Shown here one piece after another: positions 31,946 through 43,918 of a DNA stretch of 64,000 nt. The stretch's first letter is position 1. Each line of letters opens with the position of its first letter. The notes beneath the pieces are model-generated. The model saw only the letters and a program-made list of their open reading frames with translations, made no database searches and had not been told where the DNA came from. The stretch is from Candidatus Latescibacterota bacterium (GTDB lineage Bacteria > Latescibacterota > UBA2968 > SICM01): contig CBDCJO010000002.1 in the NCBI GenBank assembly GCA_965217865.1, forward strand, positions 288,001-352,000, in the 5' to 3' direction. Both the position numbers and the translations under genes were made by a program.

Positions 31946-32216
31946 TCTTGCGGCGCTGAAATTTGCATCAGCTTCCCCACCAAGCCCCCAGAGCATCGAG
32001 GATTCGCACGGCAGCTCGGATATGGTTGAACTCAAGCGGATCGTGATCAAAAACGGGAGTTGATCTATACGAAGCATCCCTTGAGGAATGGACCAAACAC
32101 GTTTGGTTCATTATCACTTTGTCAAGTATATAATTACCATTCAATTTCCCAGCCCGTTGGCTGCATCAAGCATACCTCCCGGGGTCGGGCCGAGGGGATC
32201 GTCGGCCCTCTGCGAT

Positions 32217-33790
32217 TCAGAAACGAACCGCCAATCCTGCCGACACCAGCCGTCCAATTTCCGGCGCCCCCACAAAAGACCGGTATTTTCGGTTCAGAAG
32301 GTTGCTGGCATCCAAACTCAACGTCACACGCGCCTGCCCCATAGGAATTTCGTAGGCGGCGTTCCCATCCACCACGGCATAAGAATCCACAGGTCCGACA
32401 AACACGCCCGAACTCATCGGGAATTTCCCTCGATAACGCACTTCCCCACCCAGGCTCAAACGGGTATTGGGCACTTTGTATTCGATGCCAAGGTTGAATT
32501 TCCGGGTGGGCGCATTCAACGCAACATCTCCGAGGTTGTCCAGATTTGGAAACAGATCTTCGCTAACATACGAAAAGTTTCCCGTAACCGTCCAGGCATC
32601 GTCGGGATAATAGGCAAAGGCCAGATCCGCGCCGTAGATCGTCACCTTGCCAAAATTTCGATAGGTCAGCATCACGGCCACTGGATCGGTTGCCTGTTCG
32701 GCCGTGATGGTCCCATACGGGATTCTCGCCGTATTGGTCGTAAACGTTGTGGTCAGTTCGTCTACCACTGACCCATTTCCATTTCCACCCAGTGTGGGCG
32801 CATCCAGCGCTGCCAGAGCCTCTGCCAGTTGAGCATTTGCCGGGTCCTGCAGCGCTTGACCAAACGCTGTTGACAATCCTGCGCGCAGTGACGCCGGTTC
32901 CAAAAACACATTGGGGGTTTCAATCCGCAACGGCCCTACGAAGTCCCGGATTCGGGTCCGGTAGAAATCGGCAGCCAGAATCAGCTTGTTCTGCACAACC
33001 CCCTTGTAGCCTACCTCAAACGTCTCGGTGATCGTCGGATCAATTCTTTTGAGATCCTCGACGGCATTGGTCAGACTCGCCACCGGATCAAATTCCGTAG
33101 TTTGCAGATTCAATTTTGCCACCGCATTTTGGAGCCCCGTCAACACCGTCGGCACAATGCCTGGAAAAGCAGCCGCCAGCCCTGCGGCTTGCTGTGCAGC
33201 TTGAGCCCGTGCCTGATCGGGCGCCAAACCGGCGGCAACCATCTGCCGTGTCATCGCGCCGGTGGCCACCTGGGTCAGCTGCGGCACCAATTGAGCCAGT
33301 ACCGCCGCACGGCCAACGCTCCACATCACATTTGTGAACTGAGGATCGTGCAACGGAAAATAGTGCTCTTTGGACAACCCTGCAACCGGCGCAAACGATG
33401 ACCGGAACATCGGTAACCCGTTTCCATCCCGCCGAAACGTGAACCCTTCCGTAGACCCCTGGGTCCGCACATCAACCGCCGGATTGAACCCCAGCGACGG
33501 ACTGAAGTTCCGTCCCAGTGAAAACGCATCCGGGCTGGCCACCAGATCCAGAAACAGATTCGGGCTCGAAGGGGTACCAAAGGCCCGGTTGTACGTAAAC
33601 CGCAGTGTGTGCGCCGGACCGGGCTTGAAAACCAGAGCCGCCCGGGGCGAAAAGACCGGATCTTCAACGTGATTGTGCCCGTCCACCCGTCCGGCTAAAA
33701 CCACGTCCACCCGATCATTCAGGCTCGTCTCACTCTGAAGGTAAACGCCGTATTCGTTAACATCGTCGTCCGTTTCATTTTGCCCGTGGG
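32217..33790 (-). pseudogene. TonB-dependent receptor, C-terminal part
   Basis: FSPRAALVF, TFEVGYKG, NLLNRKYR...GRLVSAGLAVRF with terminal Phe; N-terminus missing. Confidence 0.85.
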
Positions 33791-33984
33791 TTGTCGCTAT
33801 CCGATCATCGCGGTGCTGTTTGTTGTCATGTCGTCCAAGCCTCAGATACTGGCCTTGAGCCGCTTGACGACCGCCTTAACTATTTTGTCAGAATCGGAAG
33901 CGTAGTCCAACCTCGATGTTGTGGCTTTCGATCTTGGCTTCGCTCGTAATGCCATACCCCCGAGTTGCTGAAAGTCCTTGCTAG

Positions 33985-35377
33985 ACCCTGTGTCCAGACA
34001 CGTTCCTGAACGCTTTGGGCGCTCAGCGTCTCCCGGATCCGACCACAGCAGGCGACTTTACACGTCGTTTCCGGCCATCGGATATCGAGACGTTGATGGA
34101 TTGCATCAACCGGGTGCGCACCCGGATCTGGAAAAAGCGCGCCAGGGGCGAACTCAAAGAAGCCCTCATCGACATCGACGGCACCCTGGCCACCACCCTC
34201 GGAGAACGCAAGCAGGGCATGGCCCTGTCATACAACGGTATCTGGGGATACCATCCTCTCGTGGTCTCTCTGGCGAACACCAAGGAGGTGTTGTTTCTTG
34301 TGAATCGACCCGGCAATGTGCCCAGCCACGACGGTGCCGTAAAGTGGATCGATCGCGCCATCGCGCTGGTCGCCCCTTTCGCCAAACGCATCTGCCTGCG
34401 CGGAGACACCGGCTTCTCACTCACCCGGCACTTCGATCGTTGGTCGGAAAAGGTCGACTTCGTCTTCGGCATGGATGCTTACCGAGGATTGGTCAAGATC
34501 TCCAAATCCCTGTCACAGAGCGATTGGGAGCCCTTTGAACGACAACCCAAATACCAGGTCAAAACCTCCCAGAGACAGAAACGCGAGAACGTGAAAGCCC
34601 GGATCATCCGGGAGCGCGGCTTCAAAAACATCCGACTTGCCAGTGAACGTGTTGCCGAGGTTTCGTATCGTCCTGCTCGATGCAAGAAGACCTGTCGACT
34701 CGTGATCCTCGAAAAGAACCTGAGCGTCGAACGCGGCGAAAACGCCCTGTTCGATGACAAGCGCTGTTTCTTCTACATTACCACTCGAAAAGATCTTGCG
34801 GCCGCGGAAATCGTGAGGCTGGCCAATGGACGGTGCGATCAGGAAAACGTGATTGAACAACTCAAGAACGGGGTCAACGCCATGCGGATGCCCGTCGACA
34901 ACCTGATGAGCAACTGGGCTTACATGGTCATGACCGCCCTGGCGTGGAACCTCAAAGCCTGGTTCGCGTTGATGATCCGAAAGCGTGAGCGTCGCGATCA
35001 ACTTCTGAGAATGGAGTTTCGCGCCTTCCTCCAGAATCTGATCTGGATCCCTTGCCAGATCGTGACCCGGGGAAGACAGATCATCTATCGTGTCTTGGGC
35101 TACAACCGGTGGATGACTGACTTCTTCCCGGCCTGGAACAGAATTAGATGGCTCAAACCGGCCTGACTGCCATGTCAGCACCTGTCGTCGTAACATCACA
35201 AGGACAAGTCCGTCCACCCCGGCTAAAACACGTCCGCAAACTCAGTTAATTAGACAATCGCATGCCGAAACAATCACAAAAACAGCCCAGACATCATCTC
35301 CACCAAGTCACAAGTCTGAAATGCTCCGAAATCTTGTATAACACACCGCTCAACAAGCCTATTCGCTTATTTTAGGG
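33985..35377 (+). mobile_element. IS1380-family element with 5'-deleted transposase (34015-35166)
   Basis: PDPTTAGDF, IDIDGT, LRGDTGF, RCDQENVIEQLK, NWAYMVM; CTAG on both flanks. Confidence 0.85.
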
Positions 35378-35381
35378 CTAG

Positions 35382-36510
35382 CAGAGTGGGTTGGTGCTAA
35401 TGCGGAGACGCTCGATCAGCTGAGAGTTGAGGGCGATGCGCAACAATGGCTCGCGGTCTTTGTCGACATCGTTGGCGAATGCTGGAGCAACCGCGCTGGA
35501 ACTGACTTGTCCCCTCTTAGCGACATGATGCCAAACCAGAACCGGCGCCTATGTTCTCCTTCGGTGCTGAAGCGTGACCAGGGCGTTCCAGAACGCCTCA
35601 AGGACATCTGTACGGACATGGAATATGACATTCACGAAGAACTCTTTCTCGGCGGGTTTGAGGAAATCGCTGATTCTCTGGAACTAGGCCATTTGGCCAA
35701 AGCATTGGCAGATGCGATTCCCGCAGGCGTGACGGAAGATGATATCGTTTCGAAAGCTGTGAAGCTCATGGGCAGCAGATTGCCGGAGGATAGAAGCTGT
35801 GCCGATGTTGCTTCGAACGTGCAGCCGGCCACCGTTCGGCTCTTGGCTCATCTTTGGGAATCCAGAAAGGAGGCCGCCGCTTCCATTGCGAGACAAGTTC
35901 CGTTGGTCGCTTCGAGCTGTCGTGCTGTACGGTGGAGTTCGGAGCGGCTGTTCATGGGGCCGGTGCGGGCATGGCCGGAATCGGCGCAACCGTTCGCCGA
36001 CGCTTATCCGCCGAATCGCGTACTGAATGATCTATACGCTGGCTCTGAGGAAAATGAGATCCCGAATGTTGCTCCGGCTCTCGCCGAGTGGGGCATGGCC
36101 GTCTCCGATCCAATCACTGATGTCACGATCGAGTTGAAAGACCGTCGGCTCGATGCACTGAGTGGGGGTGATAGGACCGGAATCGTAGTCCCAGAGGAAC
36201 GATTGAGTCAGATTGCCCTTCTTCAACCCGAAGTGCTCAACCGCTGTCAGGAAGGAATCGATCAAGCGCGCGCGCTTCTGGGTCTTGTCCTGTGCGACGT
36301 GGCGCAACGTGACCCGGCGTGGAAGGAACAGCGAACTGCAAGGGGGAGAAGGTCGAACGAGGTTGTCGAGGTTCCAATACGAGGCGCTCTTTGGCTGGCG
36401 GATCTAAAAGTGCGAGCGTGGGTGCCGCAACCGGGGGAAGATGACAAGCCTCAGAAAATGGTTGCCAACGCGGCTACGCTTAAGGACCTACTGAATCCCA
36501 TGTGGCTGAC
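35382..36510 (+). pseudogene. Internal fragment of a large unknown protein (possibly sacsin/NOV-like)
   Basis: Long open frame with no start; ends at a junction. Confidence 0.4.
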
Positions 36511-36793
36511 GTCAGTATCCGAAATGAATCAGCGTTGCGGTACGAAGTGCCGCCAAAGATCTGGGAGTCCGGCGTGTCGATCGCCGCTTGGATCAAGGCC
36601 ATCATGGCTACCCTTTCGTAGTTGCTCGTTCCGGAGACAATTGCCGTCCTGTCGTGGCACGCTTACCTGGATATCTTTTGTCTGAGATCGCCCGAAAAAA
36701 CGGGGGCAAGGTCGAAGCAAGATCCTGGTTGCCTGTAGGGTTGAGAAGGGATACATATTTTGGGATATCCCTGACCTCACAGGAGGAGTAAAG

Positions 36794-37129
36794 ATGGAGC
36801 AACTGTCCTCAAACAGTGACCCGGTCAAGAAGCGCAGGAGCTTGTCCCCGGAACAGAAGTATGAGATTTTCCTTGAAGCCAGCCGGGGAGATGTTCCCAT
36901 TGCACAGGTGCTGCGGAAATGGGGCATTCATTCCTCGGATCTAAAGCGTATTCGTGAGTCGGTCAAGTCCGGGGCCCTCAAGGAGTTCAAGGGTCGCCGG
37001 AGCCGCAAGCCGATGGTATCGGCTGAGGAGGTGGAGCAGCTGCGCAAAGAGCGGGCACGCCTGGAGCAAACGATCATTGAGCAATCTGTGGAACTTTCCC
37101 TGCTAAAAAAAAGTGTGAATGGGATCTGA
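36794..37129 (+). CDS. IS3-family transposase OrfA
   Basis: Identical protein to 26915-27250. Confidence 0.85.
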   Translation: MEQLSSNSDPVKKRRSLSPEQKYEIFLEASRGDVPIAQVLRKWGIHSSDLKRIRESVKSGALKEFKGRRSRKPMVSAEEVEQLRKERARLEQTIIEQSVELSLLKKSVNGI

Positions 37130-37152
37130 CAGGCCCGATCAAGGGCCACCGG

Positions 37153-38184
37153 GTGCAAGCTGAGGTCAAACGCGAGATCCTCTTAATGGTCCATCGGGCC
37201 AAGGAGAAAGGGGTGAAACTCACCCGTTCTTGCGAGATCCTACAGCTTCCCCTCCAGCGGTATTGTGCCTGGAGCCGGCGAGATCGAGAAGAGAAGCTGG
37301 ATGGGGTGTCGGACCCGCTTTTGGATGGGAAGCCCGGGCCCGCCCCTGATAAGGCCCCACACGGATTGCTGAGGGAGGAGAAAGAGCAAATCCCGGCCCT
37401 CTTAAGGGATGAGACCTATGCCGATCTGCCTCCCCATCAGCTGGCGGTGGTAGCCTCAGAGAAGGGGGTAGTGCAGGCCTCGGCCTCCAGCTTCTACCGA
37501 CAGGCCAGGAAAGAACGTCTGGCACGCAGGAAACAGGTGAGGACGCCGGTCAAGCAGAGCAAGCCCCAGGTCAAACCTGAAGGTCCTAATCAGGTCTGGA
37601 GCTGGGACCTGACCTACATCCCATTTTTCGGTTTGTTCCTGTATTTTACCGCCATTCTCGACGTGTATTCCAGGAAGATCGTAGGATGGAAGCTCTCCTT
37701 CAACGCGACCGTGGAGCAGGTCAAACAGGCCTGGGATCAAGCCCTTGCCAACGAAGGACTGCTGGACCTGGACACTGGGCCCATAAGCTTGACAGCCCTC
37801 TCAGATCACGGATCTCAGATGAAGGCCAAATCGATGGCCCAATTCTTCAAGGACCTGGGCATCTCGCAGCTGTTTGCCCGATATCAAACACCCACGGACA
37901 ACGCCTGGATCGAAGCCTTTTTCCGGACATTCAAATACGACTGGCTGCGCTTCCAGGACATCTTCACATTCCATCAACTGGAAGGCCTGATTGATTCCTT
38001 CATTCACAGCTACAACGCCGAACGCTATCACGGGGCAATACAGTATGTCACGCCTCTTCAGAGGCATAAAGGCCAGCATCAAAAGATTCTTCACCACCGA
38101 CAAGGTCGAAAGGAGGAGGCTCGGCAGCGCCGCATAGAAATCAATCGGCAAAGAACATCCCAGACCATCCACAAGGCTGCCTGA
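37153..38184 (+). CDS. IS3-family transposase OrfB
   Basis: One aa difference from 25860-26891. Confidence 0.9.
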   Translation: MQAEVKREILLMVHRAKEKGVKLTRSCEILQLPLQRYCAWSRRDREEKLDGVSDPLLDGKPGPAPDKAPHGLLREEKEQIPALLRDETYADLPPHQLAVVASEKGVVQASASSFYRQARKERLARRKQVRTPVKQSKPQVKPEGPNQVWSWDLTYIPFFGLFLYFTAILDVYSRKIVGWKLSFNATVEQVKQAWDQALANEGLLDLDTGPISLTALSDHGSQMKAKSMAQFFKDLGISQLFARYQTPTDNAWIEAFFRTFKYDWLRFQDIFTFHQLEGLIDSFIHSYNAERYHGAIQYVTPLQRHKGQHQKILHHRQGRKEEARQRRIEINRQRTSQTIHKAA

Positions 38185-38977
38185 ATCTTGCTTGGACCTT
38201 TATCTACTTTTCTCTTGTTATCTCAGAATAGATACAAATTGTCGTAGGCAATGGCGTTTAACGATTTCACGGTGCGCAGCCAGGTTGCCCGAAGGGGCAA
38301 GGCGCGAATGCGCCGCAGCGAAAACCGATGAGTTATGTGGTGTGCCAATGTTACCAGTTTCACATCTTCTTTGTGCCGGACAAGAACAAGAACAGAGGAA
38401 TTCCGATGCGACCCGGGCCGGACCCGGCCCCCTAGAAGTGTCCTTCACGTTCCAGCCCGGAAACGCCCCCCCTGTTTCACTTGGTGGATGAGCGCCACGT
38501 TACAGCGTGACTGGCTGGAGACGAGCCCCGTCCGTCGTAGCCGACCCGCTCGATGAGCAGCCGGAGGCTCCGGGCCTGCTCCCTCGGGGCCAGCGCCGCC
38601 CAGACCGGGGTCGAAGACCTCCGCATCCGACCTTTCAAGTCCTTCTCCGGGAAACAGATCGCCAGATTTTGAGGGCGCAGGGTGGCTCATGGCGATTGAG
38701 AGATGAAAACTTGTGGAATTTGATTCCGTTGGGAGATTTCTGGCGTGGGTCAGTGGCGAACTCGAGACAGCGTTGAGGGCACAGATCCGGCCCGTTGTGC
38801 AACTATTCTTTCTGAATCCGGGAAAAGGGGGACGCGACCTCCACAAAACGGGCGGCACGGCACAGACGGCACGTGGGCGAAGTGAGAAGGTCCCGGTCCC
38901 GTGGATTTGCGGCCCGGGACCTCACTCGTGATCGGGGTCGAGCATCTCGAGAGCCCGAGCTTCAGCTTCCTCGCGAG

Positions 38978-39268
<291 letters not shown>

Positions 39269-39392
39269 CTAGATTTATGAGCTCTTTGTTTGTTAACTCC
39301 TTTATAAGCTTTTCACTATTCGAATAAACAATGTGCCTGAATACCCTTATTAATTGCAGAAGCATCACATAATCAATATCTACGGCTGGGGA

Positions 39393-39470
39393 TTTGCAAC
39401 CCTTTTGCAACCCAAGTTAAAAGGGGCTACAGTCTAGCTGCTGTAACTCCTTGTTTATATTGGTCGGGAT
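39393..39470 (-). other. att-site-like remnant (tRNA-Pro-like 3' end plus hairpin)
   Basis: Minus strand ATCCCGACCA, then AAGGAGTTACAG-N8-CTGTAGCCCCTT and repeated GGGTTGCAAA. Confidence 0.45.
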
Positions 39471-39785
39471 TAGCACAATCCTGTCGGGTCATGCACCGTA
39501 CTTACCTTCCCCCGCTGGGCACGGCTGAAGTAGAGGCTCTTCCCTCCGGTGGGGTTCTGTTGCCACACCATTACCGGTACTATTACCTCATCCGACTTCT
39601 TATACAGCATCCCTCCAGACTTCACGTCTCGTCGCTTATCCAGAGGTTATCGTGGATGTGGCCTCCGACTGAGACCTCCCTTGTTCCATCATCTACCGTA
39701 CCACATTCCGTTCACCCGACGCCGGGGAGTCCTTCGAGGCTGCATCTCCAGAGTCTTCGCCTCTTCCGTGGCCTTCACCTACGCG
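39471..39785 (-). ncRNA. Group II intron 5' fragment (distal DI, DII, DIII); no RT ORF
   Basis: Minus-strand GAAGGCCACGG, GGAACAAGGGAGG, AAGTCGGATGAGGTAATAGTACC, GGAGGGAAGAGCCTCTAC. Confidence 0.7.
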
Positions 39786-39851
39786 GACTTACACCGGTTA
39801 GCAGATGATGATTTCAAGGCACACGAGCGTGATATTATGCGCCGGCTCAGA

Positions 39852-40664
39852 TCACTCGGTCACATCACAGACGAAACATAGAATGCCACTCATTCCATCA
39901 TCTTCTTTCTCCTCATAGTCCACAAAAACGTTCGGCGAGAGACCTGCCTCCACGAAAAGGGAGATGTAATCACCTTTGAGCATCGCAGGAGCCTCAAAAG
40001 GGAATTCCTCAATGGTTTCTCTGCCAGCTGTGTCTATGGTTTTATAAATCATTGCCCCCCTTATCAGTTTTTCCTCTTTTATAAGTCGCCTTTCAATCTT
40101 CCGTGTCACCACGCCACCGGTGGTTGGATGCCGCATTGGATCTGACCAAGGGACATTTCTACGATCGTCTATGAACTCAGTGGGATCAAAGCGACGTACG
40201 GTCACAAGAACTTTTCCGTTTGTCTGTAGGTGATCTCGGACGCATTTCAAGCATGAACGCTGTTCGTCTTTGCTCTTCAGCTCTCGAAATGAATTGTCCG
40301 CGATAAGAATAAGGCAAAATATCTGATTAAAACGAAAGTTAGACATATCCATACTGCATACCTGAATACGCTCCTGTATCTCAATAGGCAGTTGAGAGAT
40401 CCGCTCGTTGGCTAGATTGAGCATAGCGCTTGATAAGTCAATGCCTACGACATTATCGCTCTCCTTGGCGAGGCAAGTCAGCAATCTTCCTGTGCCACAG
40501 GCCAACTCAAGCACAGGACCACCTGTCTTATATAAGAATCTCTTGTACCAATCCACTTCTTGTTTGCTCAACGGACAATGATGTTCATAATCCCAGCCGA
40601 AGAGCTCATAGCGTTTTAGATCGGTTTGCCGTTTCTGCTGAGCCTTACGAGTCCTTGCTTTCAT
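39852..40664 (-). CDS. Class I SAM-dependent methyltransferase
   Basis: GPVLELACGTGRL, VGIDLSSAML; GGAGG RBS. Confidence 0.88.
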   Translation of the reverse strand: MKARTRKAQQKRQTDLKRYELFGWDYEHHCPLSKQEVDWYKRFLYKTGGPVLELACGTGRLLTCLAKESDNVVGIDLSSAMLNLANERISQLPIEIQERIQVCSMDMSNFRFNQIFCLILIADNSFRELKSKDEQRSCLKCVRDHLQTNGKVLVTVRRFDPTEFIDDRRNVPWSDPMRHPTTGGVVTRKIERRLIKEEKLIRGAMIYKTIDTAGRETIEEFPFEAPAMLKGDYISLFVEAGLSPNVFVDYEEKEDDGMSGILCFVCDVTE

Positions 40665-41578
40665 CTCTACCTCCGGGCATTGGGTTTTGCGTGATGGTCT
40701 GTAGCTTAACCAAAAGACTATTTGTAATTGAAGCCATCAAGCATCCATCTCAAGAGATCTTAGGCGAATTCTGCCCGAATTCTATAGCCCATACATCGAT
40801 AGGCCTTGGCTATATAGAGTAAGCCAAGGCCAGCGTCTGTGTGTTTCAGGGGATACATCTCTTGTTTCGACGAACTGTACTACAAACTTGCGAAATGTTG
40901 TTTCGTTCAAAGGATCAAGCGTCCCAGGTATTTTCGTATTGCAGCGATGAAAATAACCGCCCGATTCAAGATCTCAGGCGAATAGATTTTGTGCCAACCC
41001 CCCACTCGCAATTACGTACTGCGGGCTCTCATTTGGCAGGAAATAGGTCTCGGAAATGAATACATATAAGATCTGGAGGCCTTATTGTTGCTGTCCCTTT
41101 ACACTCGAGCGGTTCCCTTCGGGCTTCTTCGAGATATCTTTTCATAAAGTTATCTATATTCTTGCTATTTTTCTCCAGTACTGAGCTAATATCCGTGCTG
41201 GGATGGAAAGTCGAGTTCTGAGTAAAAGGTAGAAATACCTTACTATTACTTCCTTATTTTCGCGATGACCCAGAGAGAATCACCCATTTTCTCTAAAAAA
41301 TTCGATTGGATACTTACAATTATTCAAATTTACAATGTAATGTTTTAATACATTTACCTGATTCTGACTCCCATAATTTTATTGCCTCGCGCACGATCTC
41401 TCTGACCTTCTCGGGCGTGGTAAGTCCGCCCAGATTGAGGAACTTCACAATTGCCTCCAGACCGCCTACTGGATTGGACATTGAGCACATGTGACATACT
41501 TTTCATTACGTTTCAATACAGAGCAAAGGACCACTATAAGTCTCGGAGCAGTGCCTTAGTTAGCATGCCAGAACTAAT

Positions 41579-41740
41579 ATGGGAATACGCATCCAACCCC
41601 GTGAAATCGACGTACCTAAAAACGATCCCTTCAAGAACAACCTCCTCGGGCGGAAGGAGTCGGTAGAGGTCCTCATCCACCTCATTGGTAATCTCGAAGG
41701 TCCATGTGTCCTGGCGGTCGATGCCGCATGGGGGACCGGA
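41579..41740 (+). pseudogene. KAP-family P-loop NTPase N-terminal fragment
   Basis: DPFKNNLLGRKE...VLAVDAAWGTG, broken within Walker A. Confidence 0.7.
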
Positions 41741-41954
41741 TTCGAACGGTGTATGTGGATTTATCAGGCGAATTGCAGGCGAACACGGTATGTCTTGCCA
41801 AAGCCTCAGAGCCTCAATTCGAACTCGCTACGACGTCATCAATTCGGCTTTCGCGGCCGGAAGTGTTCCGCAAGACGGGCGAGGTCAATCAATAGGGTTG
41901 CATAGGTGCTACGCCAACAATACCCGGTAGTATGCCGTCAGAGACGCACTTGGC

Positions 41955-42932
41955 ATGAACGGATTTCGAAAAAGAACAGTCAATGAAGTCGCAGACATGA
42001 TTTGCGGCAATGAAAGCGATCACTTCACCTATAGAAGTAGCTTCTATTTGTCGGAGTTCTTCGAAGACTGTGACATGGAGCAATATGTTCACGACGGCTC
42101 CACCCGGAAATGGTGGGTTGCGAGCGTCCTCAACGAGATTCTGAAAGAGCCGGGTGGCAACCCTGCTCTGCCTGGGACGGGTTTTCAAACTGTCATCCAG
42201 GTTTTGATGGATCGCGCGGACCACACCGAGGACGACCCTGAACGTGAGGCTGCGCTGGCGGAACTAAACGTGACGCTCGCTCGCGAGGGGCTTAAAGCGT
42301 TCTACGCCGAGGACAACCGCTGTTACATACGCAACACCAAGACTGGCGAAGAGGCCCGACCCGGCCCGGTCGTGGACCGCGCCTTGTCCAAGGACGAGAT
42401 TGATCGCCGCCGCCGCCTCGAGTCTTACATGGATGCGGCGAGCGAGGACGATATCACCGAGAAGGTGATTCTTCCACTTCTCCAAACACTCCGATTTCAG
42501 AGGATTTCAATCGCTGGCCACAAGGACAAGACAATGGAGTTCGGCAAAGATCTATGGATGAAGCATCGCCTGCCCACCGGACACTGGCTCTACTTTGGCC
42601 TGCAGGTGAAGCGCGGAAAGATAGATGTGACCGCGAGAACCAAGAATGAAAACGTCGCGGAGGTCCACCGCCAGATCACCATGATGCTCGGACATCAGAT
42701 ATTTGATCCGGACATCAACAAGAAACAGCTCGTAGATCATGCAATCATCGTGGCCGGTGGCGAAATCACCAAGCAGGCCAAACATTGGCTCGCAGAAAGG
42801 CTGGACGCCTCGCAGCGGAGTCAGATCCTGTTCACGGATCGGGCTGACATTCTTCACCTATTCGTCGTCCACAACGTTCCAATGCCGGACGACGAGCGCA
42901 CCGAGGAGTTCGATGACGACATTCCATTTTGA
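41955..42932 (+). CDS. Putative restriction-endonuclease-fold protein with AbiJ-like N-domain and SSB-like acidic tail
   Basis: ADMICGN..F.YRSS..LSEFF..HDGSTRKWW; SEDDITEKVILPLL, EFGKDL, FGLQVKRG; ends EEFDDDIPF. Confidence 0.7.
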   Translation: MNGFRKRTVNEVADMICGNESDHFTYRSSFYLSEFFEDCDMEQYVHDGSTRKWWVASVLNEILKEPGGNPALPGTGFQTVIQVLMDRADHTEDDPEREAALAELNVTLAREGLKAFYAEDNRCYIRNTKTGEEARPGPVVDRALSKDEIDRRRRLESYMDAASEDDITEKVILPLLQTLRFQRISIAGHKDKTMEFGKDLWMKHRLPTGHWLYFGLQVKRGKIDVTARTKNENVAEVHRQITMMLGHQIFDPDINKKQLVDHAIIVAGGEITKQAKHWLAERLDASQRSQILFTDRADILHLFVVHNVPMPDDERTEEFDDDIPF

Positions 42933-43526
42933 AGGTACTTAAGCGTCAAGTATATAAGCACCAATAAAATAGCTGAATAGCTAGACACTTAGGAGGACAA
43001 ATGAGCATCCGCATAGACGTTCAAATGGACCACGGAAGCGAGTCGACACGGTACGTCGCAACGGCCACGGAGGATGGGAAGCACCTGCACGAAGTCGAGA
43101 AGAACGGCGCCCGGAAGTCTGCGACGAGGTGTTCAGGGAGATGGCAGCGTGGTTATTGATGTGTTGCATTACGAGCCAGATCCGGAGGTTGAGCTGGAGC
43201 TAGACCTTATGTATTGACGAGTATATGAAAGACCTCCTTCTCAGTACGAAACAACATGCGCCTGTATCGCCTTTCGTGGCGGCTGACAGGAGAAGCGCGA
43301 AAAACCAGGGAATTCGCTCCTCTTGCATGTCCTTCCCAAACCGCCCAACGAGCCGCTCGAACATCGGAAAGCGTCGGCGCAATTCGTCGACAAGCTCCCG
43401 CTGATCGTTACTCGCTAAACCGCTACTCACCCGCATTGCCTCACGCTTTCCGATGTCCCGGTCTCCGTCGGCTTTTACGTTTAAATAACCATAAATCCTA
43501 CAACATATTGGGGAAGCGCGTCTCAT

Positions 43527-43915
43527 TCAGAATGACACTTTGGGGGTCAGGAACAGCGTGCGTCCCCGGACGGAATCCAGCGTCTCGTCTGCGCCAGCCT
43601 GGCCAGGGACCGTGGAATCGGTGGACGGACCGCGATTGCCGACATTGAGGATGCCGCCCTCGAGGTCCATCCCGCCCAAGCCGAACGCATCGTGCCAGCG
43701 GAACGTGATATCGTGTCCCATCCACGCTTTATAGCGGGCGGTTCCAAGCGTATTCCAACAGCCCGAAACCAGCGTGGACGCTCCATTTCACGGTGAAGCC
43801 GCTCCTGCTCGCGCGAAGCGATGCATTGACGTGATCGTGCGGGTAGTCGCCCGGTTGTATCTCGCCGGCCACCCGGTTCTCGTATCGGGTCAAGCGCGAC
43901 CAGGAGGCAGCAAAG
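43527..43915 (-). pseudogene. TonB-dependent receptor C-terminal fragment (second type), frameshifted
   Basis: GGILNVGNRGP...RGRTLFLTPKVSF. Confidence 0.55.
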
Positions 43916-43918
43916 GCC

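Larger units (their letters stand above)
31184..33091 (+). repeat. 1908-bp direct duplication, partner 43919-45826
   Basis: Equal length, collinear, a few substitutions. Confidence 0.95.
36672..38236 (+). mobile_element. IS3-family element (1565 bp), copy 2
   Basis: Near-identical inverted copy of 25808-27372; no TSD (TGGA/AATT). Confidence 0.93.

Noticed and set aside
39461-39470. tRNA gene
   Set aside because: Only 10 nt of a 3' end; no cloverleaf.
40665-41180. Possible LolA-like gene upstream of the second methyltransferase
   Set aside because: Multiple stops and frameshifts; resemblance too weak to call.
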